Assembly (NCBI RefSeq): GCF_964204865.1
Contig: NC_135250.1
Location: 19,096,001 to 19,160,000 of the forward strand
Length of the DNA: 64,000 nt
Direction of reading: 5' to 3'
Source of the DNA: Styela clava
Lineage: Eukaryota
The position numbers and the translations under genes are program-made. The notes under the pieces are model-generated. The model was not told where the DNA came from. It did no database searches and worked only from the letters and a program-made list of their open reading frames with translations. This document shows positions 35,134-50,600 of this stretch, piece after piece; the stretch's first letter is position 1; the number at the start of each line of letters is the position of its first letter.

Positions 35134-38100
35134 GGGACTCGCACAATTCACGATTGAGTTGGAGACGCGCGATTTCGGTGTCCAAGCAGAGCGGCGCAGG
35201 TCACGTGGTACCGGATATTCGAATAGTAAAATGCCATTCGAATATTTTATTATTCGATTCGCCCTGGTTGTTACGTGTGTTTTTGTTACGATGACTTGGT
35301 ATTTTAAATACGTGCTTGAGATTTGTTGCTATTTTACCTTGCGTTGTTTGTGTGCGGCTCTTCACAACTTTGAGGTTTGAAATTTGGCTCTGGGACTAAA
35401 AAAGTTTTGAGAACCACTGGTTTAGATGTTAATTTTACTCGGGTACGCAACAGGAGGTTCATATCAATGAACCATTCAAACAATCAATTTGTATTTAAGA
35501 AGGCATAATACGTTTCAACAGGTGAGACATATTATTAGAAGCAAATATTTGAACAGATTTTACTAATTGCCCAAAATACCAAACATTTAACAAGAATATC
35601 TCATCCACCTGTAAAAACCTTGTAGAAATTTTTCTGTGTCTTTTTTTCTTTTTCTCTATGATGTTTTTCATATTGTTGGAAAAATACGAATCCGTTTCAA
35701 ATCTGTAAAATGTAAGAAACTTGGTTATACTCTGGTGGTTTTAATTGTAAGTTGAAACAACACATCTGTCACGTGATCAACAATAATTTATACGATATAT
35801 ATCTAATCTTCCGTTCCATTTTCTAAAACCTCCATGAATGCACACAAACCGTTAGAAATTACATTTGATGATATGAAAAGGAAATATGCAAGCTAGACAA
35901 TTTCTGTGCGTCATGTAATTTCGGCAAAAATAACGAAACAACAAAAACCGAAAACAATTAGCTATATTAAGTTGATTTTTTCATGTTTATGCGAGAAGAT
36001 TGCCATTTGAGGTAAAACTTCATTATAATAGTTGTTCTAATGGTTAGCAAGTATTGAATAACAAATTTCTTCTCAAAAAATTGCTTATAACTTCAATGAT
36101 ACACTAATTCAATAAAATAATTCAACCACCTTTTAAAAATTTCAGTAAAAGCAATTTACTTGAGTAGAGTCGAATAATTTCAAGTCATCAAAAACTGTGA
36201 GGCAAACAAAGCGAATAAAATCTTTCTTGTTCAATTTTAAGATTTGTCAAGTCGTCTGAAATGCCTTTTAATTAAATCGACGAAAATCGTAGGATATTGT
36301 AATCTAAAAACTTGTTATCTTGAACGTTTATAAAAGAAATGTAAAATCAAGCCTATTTTTATGAGTATTTGTAATAATGACGGGAGAAACTTATTCAAGA
36401 TTCTAAACAACTAAAAACAAATTTCTAATAATGGTTATATTAAAATCTTTTTATAAAAGTCTTCAAATGACGATATTCGTTTCATTATATAATTTCTCGC
36501 AAAATAATATAGGCCTACTCTACTGTGATGGAAAGTAATATTGATAAACCGGTATTACAAGAATTAAACTTTGCGAAGCACTTCACATTGGTAGTAATCG
36601 TATTAGATTTACGAAATCTCTCCAGATAGGGTTTTTTGTAAATCGCTTACCTTATTTATACGAATTATGGGCCACATTTTATAGCGAACAGAAATAAAAA
36701 AAAATGCAAGTACACAGTGCTATCATTGTACTGACGTTTGCTTAATTGCTGAATCACGTTTCTACCTCGAAAATGCATATTTTCCTAAAACTCCTCTACC
36801 GTTTAACGCAGAATAATATAGCAATGTATAACATATCAAATATAGTCTCCCCACCTGACTGTTGTTTCAAAAAAGCAACGATATCGTTGAGAAGTCCAGA
36901 TGCCACGAATATAAACGATCCGTTCTCCATCAAACATTCCTTTGACTGAATGAGAGAAGCGAAACGCTACTCTAAATTCCCGCTCAAATTTTAATTAAAG
37001 ATAACAAATAATTTACTGCAATCAAATCGATGGACAATCAGGTTAATTAGGGCTAGTTATTTCAGATACCACGCGATTGAGCAATTTTGAAATAGAGCAT
37101 TATTTTTGCTCACTTCAGTTTGATGACAATTTTAGTCAGAACAAGTATTGTTGCATCAACTCAACTGGTATATCACAACCGGTATGTTAGTCTTTGATCA
37201 CAACCAATATTAATTGCGGGTATTTATTTGGTTTTGTATAAATTACTTCTTTCTTGGGGCATGTTTCAACTTCTCAAACTTACATAATTATGTAAATATA
37301 CCATTTACATACCGGTGGCGAGTAGGGATGGTATAGAATCGACTCCGGAATCGATTCCAGATTCGATTCTCAGTGGAATCAGCTAGAATCAATTTCGATG
37401 CGTTGGAATCGATTCTTAGGACTTAAAGTTGGTTGCAAACACGGTATAACGTTTTGTGTCAAGTCCTTCACATATATAAATGTATAATCTGCTATGTGGA
37501 GTTGCTACGACGCCTCAAACATCACTATATTTTTACACCCTCCTCCAACTCGCTCGTTTGCGAGGGTGAAGGGCACGTGCCAACGGCAATGAAACAAAAA
37601 ACTTATCAAATATCGCAGTTGTCGCCCAAAAGTACCTCTGTGTCCCAGCAACATCCGCTGCATCAGAAAGGGCATTAATCTTAGCGGGGCTTACAGTCTC
37701 CAAATTGCGATCCAGACTCACAGGAAGACATGTGAAAAAATTTAACTTTTCAAATTGCAATAGATTTTCGCTATAATATTTTTTTTGCTACAGTATGTTT
37801 TTGAACTTAAAGTGAACATATAGATCATTTAGTTAATATTATGTTGTTGTCAGAATTCATTTTGTTGTTCTTGTTATGGAAAAATATATTTTCACATCAC
37901 CTACTGGACCATTTGCTTTGAAATTTTCAGTGGTTACAACTTGTATTTTTATGGGATCCTTTTTTGTGTATGTGATTTGGTCTACTGTGATAGATTGAAT
38001 ATCCATACTACTTAATTTGGGCTTCCGCGTTCATATATTGGAACATCGCTCTCGTGTTTGATTTCATATATGGTATTGTTAAAGTGGGTATTTTTTCTCG

Positions 38101-38199
38101 GAAAGCTATACCGAGGAATCGAGACTCGTCATCGAAAATTTAGGGATAGGATAAAAATCGAATCCATGTAAGTAATCATACTTAGTTTCCTTAGCGGCG

Positions 38200-38332
38200 A
38201 GGAGTCTCATCGCATATAATCATCCCAACGGGATTCAAACTTGCGAACCCACGCAGGGTTGTCGGGGGTGTGGCGGCGAGAGTATTCCTAAGATAGTCAT
38301 AAGGCTTAGCACGATTCGCCACACTGCCGAGC
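38200..38332 (-). mobile_element. tRNA-derived SINE head (family 1)
   Basis: GCTCGGCAGTGTGGCGAATCG ... GGTTCGCAAGTTTGAATCCC, similar to the 31968 copy. Confidence 0.55.
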
Positions 38333-38644
38333 CATATTATATCGTGTCCATATATTATGCATTGCTCTCGTATTTTGGTTGGTACAACTATTACGGCAGG
38401 AACATAAACATATGAAACACAGTCCTTTTATTACCACCCTTTAAAAAGGGGTTAAAGTTTACAAAACAGCGTGAAACACGCAAAAATATTGCCAAATCAC
38501 ATGACGATCTGCAAACACCGGCATACTATTCTTCCTTCCAGCTGTTTGCGTTGTTTTGTATTACAATACGTATTAATGAAAGACTTTCCTGTATACGGTA
38601 AAGGATGGCAAGCGATTGTGTTGAAGAAGTGTGAATGAAGAAAT

Positions 38645-41600
38645 ATGGAACTTCGACTTCGACCAGAAAACAAGGATACAATGGATAATTTGGACCACAG
38701 CACAGTAATGAAAACTGCCAGTAGTCCGACTTCAGGGAGTGATTGTAATCTTGATTTTGGGCAGAGGTAAGTTAAGGCTATTTGTGCCATTGGGTCCGGT
38801 CAACTAAAACAATTTTATCACAATCAAACCTCATAAACAAGAAAGCTCAGAAATAACACCATGCACCATATTAGCATATCCATGATTCTGTGATTTAAGG
38901 TTTCACTTTTGTAGTTGATTACATTCTTAAATTACTCAGTTCACAGGTTCAGCAGATCAGTGTTTTATTTCGTCCATTTTGCCATTTCTGCATGGGTCTT
39001 GGTAGTGCATTAGTGAGAGAGTCAAAAAGGTACTAGAATTGACCAAAGCTATGTTGGATAGTTTTTTTTCCATATGTATATCCTGAGAGTGTAATATTAC
39101 AGAACCTGTGTTATTAATTTATTTATTCATGTGCTTGCTTTGGGTAGTAACCGACTCAGATGACTGTTAATGGTCGTATCGTTACCACCCTGTCATCTAC
39201 CGAAATCTAATTTTTCTCATTTTGCTATCATATATATATTGTACGTGTTTTCTGGTTTGACGAAACAATAAATTCTCTCTCTCTCCCTCTCCATGTGTTG
39301 GACCAGTTTATCACTTATTTGTCATTCGATTTCAGAATTTGTTATCCTTAAATAAAATTACTATACTGAAGTGCATTCATTGGATATGCATCTAGGGTAT
39401 TATTGTCCAGTATGATTAATATATTATATTTCATGGCTGTTTATTGGTGATAAATCCAATTTTCTTCTTTTTTCACACTGTCAAATTCAGTAGGGCTCAA
39501 TTTTCTGATTCCAAGATGTTCGACATTGGTTCCATTCTTCTCTCTATAATCATTTAAATCAATCGCAACGTGCGCCGGCCATCACATGACCGAAATGTGC
39601 TTATTGCAAAAAACTCTTGAATGCTGCCGTAAAATTTTTTTTTTTTTTGAGGAATCCAATGATGCAGATTGCATTTCCTCTTAGTTGCGCAGTTGATTTG
39701 TGGCAATAGGGAAGCCCAAAGGAGAGGTTTGCACTCACTGTTATAGTTGATGTTTGTAATGTGTTTTTTTTCTCAGAATCGGAGAATTGTGTTATAGTGT
39801 AATTGTCAAGTACCTATTTTCAGTTCATCCCCAATACAAATAATGTTATTTTTGCATGATTAGTTATATTGCCTTATAGAATTTTATAAGAAAGAATGTC
39901 TGCAAAATTCCTTTTCAGTCATCTATCCATAAGCCACCAGAAAGATGAAAGTGATGACAATGGTCTTCAAAATTCATCTTCCAGTAAGAAACATAGCCCC
40001 AGTTCAGCATATGATACTGAGCCATATGGGGGAGATGCAGGTACAGGTAATTCTTACTTATTTATTACCTGAATCGCTTTATTATGAATTATATTATGAA
40101 CTGTTACTAGTCAATAGTCATATATTTATACTGTTCTTAAAAGATATGGAGTTTAATTGTTTTTAAGAAAAGCGATTACATTTGAAATCTGTGTCGACAC
40201 TGTAGATCCAAATTAGCTTGTCAAATTTTAATGTATTGCAAGAATCATATTTTTAACAGTCGAAACTAAAAATGAACATTAGGTACTACCTGATTGGCCT
40301 GGTACACAATGACAGAAGATTTCAAATAGTTCCTTTTGTGCAAAGTGTGACACGTGGTACTTTGGTAGTACTGCAGTGACGTGATGTTTGAATAATTTGA
40401 ATAATTCTTTTTTGAAATTTATTTTTATTGGCATTTGACATTTAATGATCAGACAAAAAATATGTTCAGACAAGTTCAACTTTTGATACAATGTTTATCT
40501 CCATCGTGCTGTATTATCAACTATATATTTATCTCAGTGCAAATTTACTTTTTAGTCTGGTTAATATATTTAAATACCAGTTGTGGAAGATACTTTTTCT
40601 ACATATTATCACAGCATTTTTATCTCAGAATTTCATCAAATTTTATTAAAAGTTATAGTACTATTTGGAGAATCTTTATTTGAATGTAATATGGCTCGAT
40701 TTTTGTAATTCTGAATCTAATAATTTGAAGCATTAAAACTTTTTCAGGTGTAATAACGAAAAGTCCACCCCTTCGTCATAAAAGGACAAATTTCAACAAT
40801 TGTAACAGCAGAGCAATCGCTGGTGTTGCTGTTGCATCTTCGAGAAATGGATGGTTGTCAAATCGATTCTGGGGATGTTTGGAGCCACTATGGAAAATTT
40901 TGAGCAAACCAGCATTAGATGCATCAAAAGGTAGTGCCAATTTTATTATTCCACTTTCCGCCTTTCGTAAAGTGGAATAAATGCATTTAGATAAGTTGAA
41001 TTGAGTTACTTAGGAATGATTTCTCTATATATTTATTAATTAATGGATTTAGAATAGTAGAAGATGTTATATCGCGAAATTTGGTTAATGGTTTCAAAAC
41101 AGAAGGGTGAATGGTGAAAATATTTTATTTGAAAAAATCGCAAAAAATAGATACTTTTTGAGTTGGTTTATTAACCAAAGTTTGAAGCGATATTCACGAA
41201 AGTATTTCACTAAAAAGTTGGAGGAAATTAAAAATCGAAATTATGCTTTCTTCATTTTCTCAAAACTAATCTTTAAGTTTCTACCATTTGGGTCGAAACC
41301 CTCAAAATTGGCTTAACTCAGTGACATTTTTTTTCTTGTGTTGTAAAATTAGGATTTAAGTCCTGCAAATCTAAGTTGGTCAATGCATCATGTTCGCTAA
41401 GCAATACTATTAATATATAGAAATTTCCCTTAATTCTGATTTCTAACTTTTTTTCAGATACTTGGGAAATTCCATTTGAAAGTATTGAGGATTTAGAGTG
41501 GGTTGGAAGTGGGGCACAAGGGGCTGTTTTTCATGGGAAATATAACAACAAAAGTGTCGCAGTTAAGAAAGTCAAACATTTGGAAGAAACTTCAAAAATT

Positions 41601-44600
41601 GCAGAATTTCGCAAATTCAAACACGAAAATGTTGTTTCGTTCATGTGCGTTTTTTTTATCTGTGATGTTTATTAATAAAGGGTCATATTTTGTCTGCGTG
41701 AAATTTTTTGCACTAACTATCATTTATATTTGATGTGTTCAAACAAATTTCACTGTTATAAAAAAGCGGGAAAATTGCCTTTGGACACACTTCAAACAAT
41801 CTCAATTTACAAATTAATCCTTTTATCACTTCAAAGTGAAATTTATAATGATTCTGTCATTGTAAGGTTGTAAGACAATTTTTGCAGTTATTTGCTTAAT
41901 AATTAAGATCTGTCATATCACCTTACCTACAGAAATATCTGAGATCACAATTCACAACCCGCACATTGACAATGCTTTTGGAATTCAACTGCTGTAGTAG
42001 TGTTATGAACGTCTCATTGTTGAACCGAATTGTTTCAAACTTGCTTATTTTTTTACAGTGGAATCTGTAGTCAGCCGCCATGCTATTGTATCATAATGGA
42101 ATATTGTACGCAAGGACAACTTTACGAGGTATTGAGAAGTCAACGTCAAATTCCACCGACTCTCATGCTGGATTGGTCAACTCATATTGCATGTGGCATG
42201 TCATATCTTCATCTTCATAAAGTCATTCACAGAGATTTGAAATCACCAAAGTACATTATGATATTGTTTTTCGTCTTTATTGAATTTTACCCAGCATGTT
42301 ACAGTATAATGCATGCTTGATGTCTGCCATTTGGTGCCATTTGGTTTGAGATGAGAGATAGGACAAAGATGTCCAAAAGAGATCTGAATCGAATCATGAT
42401 TCCAAATATTTCAATATGGTCAAATTATTATTTTAATCCTGGTTTATAAATTTATAATACTTCTATTTAAAATTTAGAATTTGAATCCACAAAATGGCAT
42501 TGAATAATCCACAGGTGTGCACCCTTTATTACATAAGGGCCAGATCCAAATACCTCGGTATAGACTTCCTAGGGATTGCATGCATAAATATTTTCGTTAT
42601 TGATCTTATGACATGCATTGTTCGCCTCACACAAGCTACCAGATTCAAGTAAACTGAAAACTTTTTTTCGCGGGCCTCACACCAATTAAAATTGGCACTT
42701 CTCAGTGGGCCGCAGGCTGCACACTTCTGGAATAAGCCGATACGCTTGAGTTAGAAATCATGATAATATGAATCATTATTAATGCTAATCATGATAACTA
42801 GTTAATGAAAAATTCAGATATTGGAATTACCTATTTTCTTAGCAATTTATCCATTTTTGCAGGAAACTGTTTGTTGTAAACTGTTATTAATATGTGTATT
42901 CTATTTTATTATTTTTTCAATGCTATAAAATATTTCAGTATTCTGATCACGGACAAAGATGTTTTAAAAATATCTGATTTTGGAACTTCAAAAAAATGGG
43001 AAGACCAAAGTACAAAAATGTCATTTGCTGGTAAGGTAGCTTATTATTTTATTAATTCCTTGCGTTATTACAATAACTAGTACTATGTTTTCTCTCTCTT
43101 GCCCTCATGGAGGCTTATCAATATAACACAGTCCGAGTGTTAAAGACATGGCTTTGGATAAACAGATAAATATTCTCTTAATGAATAGAATTGAAACTAT
43201 AACATCAGTTCTGTGGTAAATGATGTTATACAAAGAGTTCTGGTTTGTCTGAGGAATTCGTTTTGACGGACAATCTTTGCTGCAATATTAAAAAAGCCCT
43301 TTGTTTTATCAATTATGCTAAATGATTATACAGTTTCAAACCCATATAGTATTCTATCAAAATTTATTATATTTTGATATAAAAGGATCTGTCGTTTTAT
43401 TACCAAAAGTTAGGACGTAAAGTGATATTTCTGAATCCTGTGTCATAATAAATTACGATACTATGGAGCAAAAAGAAAAACACAAGACACATTTCTCATG
43501 ACCATTGTTCAGCTTAGGAATATTTGACCAATGTGCTTGAAATGTACTATTTTACTTCTATTTTTAACTTTATCATCAGTAATGTAGAGAGAGTGGAACA
43601 TGGTTAGCTTTCATTGAGGTAATATGCCTGCAGAAATTTTTTTTATATCCCGATTATCAAAGTGCCCAATTTCTAACCTTTTTTGGGTTATTTTCAATTA
43701 CTACCTCACCCTATTGCTGTTCTGTTCATCAAAGTCTATGTTTTTACCAAATTTAGCTAAATAGTTATGTTATTCGCTAATCATTTCAGGCACTGTGGCT
43801 TGGATGGCTCCAGAAGTTATAAGGAATGAACCAGTTTCTGAGAAAGTTGACTTATGGTAAGTTGCAATAATCAATTACCATAATTAATTCAAGGGCTTTG
43901 TCTTATGCCAAGTTATATGAAATATATTTGCCCTTTAATGTAGACTGGGATCATATAGCCACACACATTCCTAACTAGTTGATTTCTTTTCTATTGGATA
44001 GCTGTTTTTCTGATCGTATTAATATGCACGAGAGATGTACCAATATCACTTTTTTCGCCAATACTGATTCGATCCCAACGAAAAACGCTGATACTGATAT
44101 TCCGATACTTTGTATTTATCATCATCATCAACATATATACAATGTTCTCAAGTGTCAACTTAAAAAACAAGATATCTTAGTTCGGAGTGCATGCCTTAAG
44201 CATATTTTTTTTTATAAAAAATGAAATATTTTTATTCCTTCAAAACAAATGTTCAATAATCCACAACATGCAAATTAGTACAATATTCTGCTGTATTTCA
44301 GGTCATACGGGGTCATTTTATGGGAATTACTGACTGGTGAAATACCATATCTGGATGTTGATTCTTCAGCAATCATATGGGGAGTAGGCAGTGATTCAAT
44401 GAGTCTACCAGTCCCTACCACGTGCCCAGAAGGTTTCAAACTTCTTCTACGACAATGCTGGTAAGTGGGAGGTTACTATTGTCATTGAAATTTTTGTCCT
44501 ATTTCACTAAGTACGGTAATGTCTTTGCTAAAAACCAATTTCATTGTACGCTGCTAATAGAATTATTCTCCTGTTTTCTGAAATATTTGTGTTCGATTTG

Positions 44601-47600
44601 GTAGGCTATTCTGTTATTATGGATATCCAAGATTATGCCTGTGATAAATATTCACATGCCCAATATTATTTGGTAACCTGATGAGAGGCCGGGTTTGTCA
44701 TTTGGCCATCTTGTCACCCTTCCTCTCCCACACGATGAATATGAAAATTCCGATCCTATTCGTTAGCTTTGCTTATTAGCTATTTTTCAGTTATCATATT
44801 TATAATTATATTTTTCAATTTCTAATTTTATATAAAGCATTTATTGATAAATATACTCCAGGAGTTCCAAATCTCAGAACAGACCATCTTTCAACCAAGT
44901 TCTAAGACATCTTGAAATCGCTGCTGCTGATCTACTTGCTTCTCCTCAACAATCGTTTTTTGCGTCTCAGGTACGATTCATGCCAGTCTTTTTACATCTA
45001 TTTAGTCAGGGATGGTCAAAATTGGATAATAATATATTTGTTTCGAATGAATTTTATAATAATATTTTTGAGAATGAAATATATAATTCAGTGTTTCCAA
45101 TCCTATGGGTCGTGACCCAAAACTGGGTCGCTTGAAAATCTTGTCAGGTCACCTGTTTTTCCGACAAAAATATTTTCTAGTAAACAGTAAATTTTATTGT
45201 ATTGTTTATTTTATATTTGGTATTGTAGTGTTGCTCAATCGTAATATTATGTATGGGAAATGCCACAACGTAAATTTTTGACAGCATTTATTTTGGCTTA
45301 AATAAATAAACCCATGTCATAAATTTCAAAAACTTGCTGATGGCTAATAAGCGCAGCTTTCTCACTAGTGCACCTTTGAATTAATTACCGTTGAAATCAA
45401 TATTTGATAGTATTTGTGGTTGCAAGATTTCACAAAATTTGTTTTATAAAAAAATTGGTTTGCTTGACAAACGGTTGGGAACCACTGATATAATTTATTC
45501 TAAATTGGGGCATGTTGGAAAGGCTCGAATAGAGGTCAATGTATATAAAATGAGTTGGAATGCAGAAATGTTAAGATAATCTTTCAGATTTTGAAGGGAG
45601 GCGTTTTTGTTTATACTTCTCAAAATGATCATTTTTCAAATGAAATTTTTCTAATTCCTACTTCATATCAGATTTTTGAAATATCTCAAATGGGTTAATT
45701 TCAAATTGATTCAAATATTTGATTTGTTTCGAATTTGAACTACAAGTAATATTTTCTTTTTTTATGATACACAGGTATCATGGAGAGAAGAAATTGCTTT
45801 GTATTTCAAGAAAATTCAGTGCGAAGGAACTCAGATCCATAAATTGAATGATGAGCTTATTAAACGGAGACAGGAAGAGTTACAGTACGTTGTAAATCGT
45901 AATATATTTTCTTAGTTTTTAATTGCAATGAACAGTTTTTATCAATAAACTCACTCTAGAAATTCTGAAATTTCTAATTGTCGAGTTAGATCGCAACAAC
46001 TAGTAGGTCCAGCATGAGGCCGAAAAACGTTGGTTCTCAAAATTCTTGAGGTTCTAAAAAGCGTTTCAACTTTCAAGCTATGTAAAATTTGCATATGCAC
46101 TGCACTCACTCAGAAACAAAGGACACTCATCGTGGAGAGAAGTTGCGCGGCAGCTACTGAACTACCAAGATGTGTAGAGACTATAAACCACCCTGTGTGT
46201 TAGTGAATACCGTTTGACTAGAGACTTGAATCATATAAATATGATCAGGAAAAAATCTTTGAGGTGGTTTATTCAAAATTATAGCATTGTGTGTGGAATC
46301 AGGATGAAAAGATATTCTCGAGTAAAATAGCGAATTTTATTAAAACATTTCAATTTTAATGAATTGGTAAATTTAAGTTACTGTTGATTTCAGATTTACT
46401 ATTTTCTAATAAAATTTTTTTTGTTTCAGACATGCTCAAGATATCCGGGAGCATTACGAACAGAAATTGGAACATGCTAATAATTTATATCTTGAATTGA
46501 GTTCTTGCTTGCTGCAATTGGAACAAAGAGAAAAGCAATTGTCCAGGTAAGAAGTAGCAATTACTTTATTATTGGACACAAAGCGAAATTATGGATAACA
46601 TATGCTAAAATAATTTAGTTGTAAAGAATTGCTGTTTTTTGCAAATATTTTCAAATTATCAGTACTTAAAAATGTTTGAAGCCGTAGAAAGGGTATTACT
46701 TTCGTTTTGTTTTTTCCAAATTATTTTTTTTTGAGTCATATGGAACCAAAAATGCTGCCCTTTCATTTTAATTGAAGGGAACACTTTTTATAAAATATGG
46801 GAACACTTTATTTCATCACACTTGTAATTGCATCCACTTATCTTTCCAACAAACTTGGTATTCATCCAAAAACTTACTATACTGGACTACTGGTACCAAA
46901 TTGCGACATTCATGTCTATATAACTATGTCTTCCTCTTCTAATCAGTTAGATATATATAGATATTGAAATTAATTTTTATCAGCCAGAAATTGCAATATT
47001 ACCAGAAATGTATCTTCTACATAGTATTATTAATTTATTCTTTGTTGTTTTGCTATTTCATAAAGTATTTGTGTTTATTTACTATCGTTGCTATGTTTTG
47101 ACGTCATTTGCAATTCTTTCTCCACATCGCTCCATTTACTATCTGCATCAAGTTGATTAATTATTTACAACTTTTAAAATTTCTTATGAGACAAAGACAC
47201 TAAAATATATCATATTATTAAGCATGGCACACTGGAAAATACCTTCAAAATATATAGATTATATTTGACACATGCTTGTTTTTTCTTCATGTTGAGTACT
47301 ATTAGAAATATGAGAATTGTGCCCTTGGGACTTTTCGGTCATGTTTTCATATGCGTAATATCACCCATTGTTTGGAAATACCATTTACATGATTCATAAA
47401 ACTACAATAAACTTGGAATTGAAAATGTACATGCAAAACAATATTTTGCTGCTGCAATTTCTTTTAATTCACTTTGTAATGGATAATTTGGATAGTAATT
47501 ACTGAGTAGAATGGAATTTTTTTTATAATTGAATGAATAGTGGTCCTATGAGTCATTTTGGAAAATGTTTTGGGTTTAAAATTGCCCTTTTATCTACTAT

Positions 47601-50600
47601 TAGACAAAAAATTGGAAATTATTAGTAATCAATAAATAGAAGTTTCTCCTAGAGGGCAAATACTTTTAATTTCTTATGGGCAAATTGTGGATATTAGGGC
47701 GCTTGAATATTCTTAATTTTTGAAAATCTCCATACTTGCATGTAGAAGATATGTGTCTGATATCATTACAAATTCTTCTATTGTTCATAGCATTTTCTGT
47801 TCAAGAGTTTCACTATGTTAAAATAGTATGAACAGATTTTTTTTATATTTCTTCCAGGCATGAAGACATGCTTTATCACAATGTAGATGGTAGATCATCA
47901 CTACCCAGTGTACATAGTGGAAACCTAGGAAAACTTCTCAATGAACACTTGGGAAAATTGCAACCTGTCGCTCGAGAGTAAGATACAGTTGAATAACTTA
48001 CATCTTATTATATTTCTATTTAGAGTCGAAGAATTTTCTAATATTTTTTTATTTGATATAGAGTTCAAACAGTTTGGCATGTTTTATTACGCATTTGACA
48101 TGACATCCCAAATACAGACTTGCACTAACAGTAATCATCCATCTCTGTTGTTATGTCAAATATTTATTAAATGTTACCATGAATCAGGGGTGGGCAACAG
48201 GCAGCCGTGGGCCTCAACCCGGCCCGCCAAGTCATTTAGCATGGCCCTTGCCAACTCTCAGATTTTTGTTTCATGGGGTAAAAATACATACATATTGTTT
48301 TTTGCTCTTGTCGCTGCTTTTAATCTTTTGCCTGGGGCTTTTATTACTGCATGGCTAAACTGACAAACAGACAAAAAATATTGCACACCCCTTCCCTAAA
48401 TCATTCAATCCTACCTAATTCACTACCCTACATTAATTCAATTTTCTGACTATTCACAATTCACATTTTTTTCTTAATGTAAATTTCAGAGAAAAAACTG
48501 TCAAACATTTTGACATGGACATGAAAAATTCACCGTCAACTTCACAGATGTCATCGAATGGTCGGCGTTCACATAAAAGGCAAGGGAGCCGTGGTAGCAC
48601 TACAAGAATACTTGCTGGTATGCCATTGCTTCATTCATTGGAAATTTGATAAATTTATCCAAAATTTGGAAATTTCAGAATGCGAAAAAATTCAAAATGA
48701 TTATATCAGATGAACAGCATTACAGTTTTTTTGTGAAATTTGCCTCTTTTATAAAATAACATACTTTCTAATTTTTCTTCTAGTTAGGGTTCCCTAGACC
48801 AGGGATTCTTAACCATTATTCTTTCCCTGTACAAGTTTTCACAGTGATATTTGCTCCCAAAGCTTTATCTCCCAAAGTATCTATAGCTAAATCATGGGGC
48901 ATGGGAAAATGAATTTTGGAATATAAATGTCTAAAATTGATTTTGTTTGGTTCTCATATCTCTAGTCTAGTTGAAGCACTTGTTAAAGCTAAAACTGAAT
49001 TTCTTGCTTGCAAAATATATCCCAGCGGCAGGTTGAATTTCACAGCTTCCAGGGTCTATATATCTGCTCTATGTCGGTTGGCTATATAACCAACTTCAGA
49101 CATCTAGATGAGACATACAAAAATGTGGAATAGGGCTTTTATATATCTTTTTATAATTCTTTTAGAATTGAGAAGGGCAGATAGGATGAAAGGCATCAGT
49201 AACAACAACAACAATAAAAAAGAAACTGTTATTTTATCAAGTTATGATCTTGCTCATCCATCTATAGTAAGTTATGAATGTTAACACTCAATTTTACACC
49301 ATCCTCTAATATACATAATTGTATGAAGTTATACTGGATATTTGAAAGCATATTTTTACATCCGATGTTGTTATGCTAAGCCAAGAAAGCCTGAGTGCAA
49401 TGGAGGTATGGATCCTTTTGTAAAATTGAAGTTGTGACAAAAATCACCTCTCTGAAATTAATTGATGGATCAATCAATTTCAAATTTAGTATTTAAAGAT
49501 GGACCCTTTTACTAGAAGGCCATTGTACTCTGATTCCATTTCTGCTGTTTGTAGTACTCTCAAGTTCTGCTTTTAATAAATTGGTATGGGCTGTTTCAAA
49601 TGGATTGATTTTATATTAAAACTCCTAATTTACCACAAAATTGACGAAGAAATTCGATAAAAATGAAATTTTTTAAATTTTTTTATTTTATTTTCAAATC
49701 AAATTAGTTTTTACTATCGACATCTTGTTTGTAAATGAAAAATTTAATTCTTCAGGTTTCTATACAACGAGACAATACTTCCCCATCAGCTTTATGTATT
49801 GGCTGTGACGGCAGAAACTCATTGACATCAGAATGTATTGAAAGATCGGTAAAATCATCCCCTCGTTCGAGTATGGGTAAATCGTCAAAAATATGTAACA
49901 GCAGCACATTTCCCACTCAACAAACTCATCGGAAATACTCAAGTGATACTTCAGACTCCTCCGATCCTCAAAGTTTTCGAAGAAGTCGAAGTTGTCGTTT
50001 TCCGAGAAATCGAAGATGCAATTCGATCTCGTATCAAGGTTCACCACGATCTCGCTCCGTACAATTTGAAGTTCGATGTCAGACGTCCCAATCGTTGTGT
50101 AGTTTGTCTCAGGCAAGACGTTCCTCAGATAATTTCAGATGTCTGTCAAAACTGTCGGAAAAACATTCGAACAGTCTAAACGAAGTGTGTGATCATAGTG
50201 AAAATAGTGGTATGAACAATGGTCACGAGCATAATGTTCTACAAAGAAATGTTGGAAGTTGTAGCGTTCCTTCTAAATTATCACTACAATCAGGTTAGCA
50301 CAATCAGAAAATTTTGTTATTAGACGGGGGTGGAACTTTGTTCTAAAATAGGATAGGACTTTTCAATTAATTAATATACCAATCATTCTCAAGTCTCAAC
50401 TTCCTAGTACTCATAGATATTCGAATTCACTGGAAGTTTATTACATAGGAATCCAATATTTCACCAAAATTTTTCTGTTTCATTTTAATTAAAGAGTGAC
50501 ACTTTATACCCCACGCTTGTCTGCCAAACTCGTACACAAAGTCCGTATCAGTACCAATGCTCAACCTTGATGTCTGTATTTTTGAGCATTTTCTCTTGCT

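Noticed and set aside
50492-50570. Possible extra kinase exon or early stop after acceptor-like sites at ~50494
   Set aside because: Weak acceptor leading to stops; exons 50746-50803 and 51687-51777 restore frame and the conserved NTSD motif.
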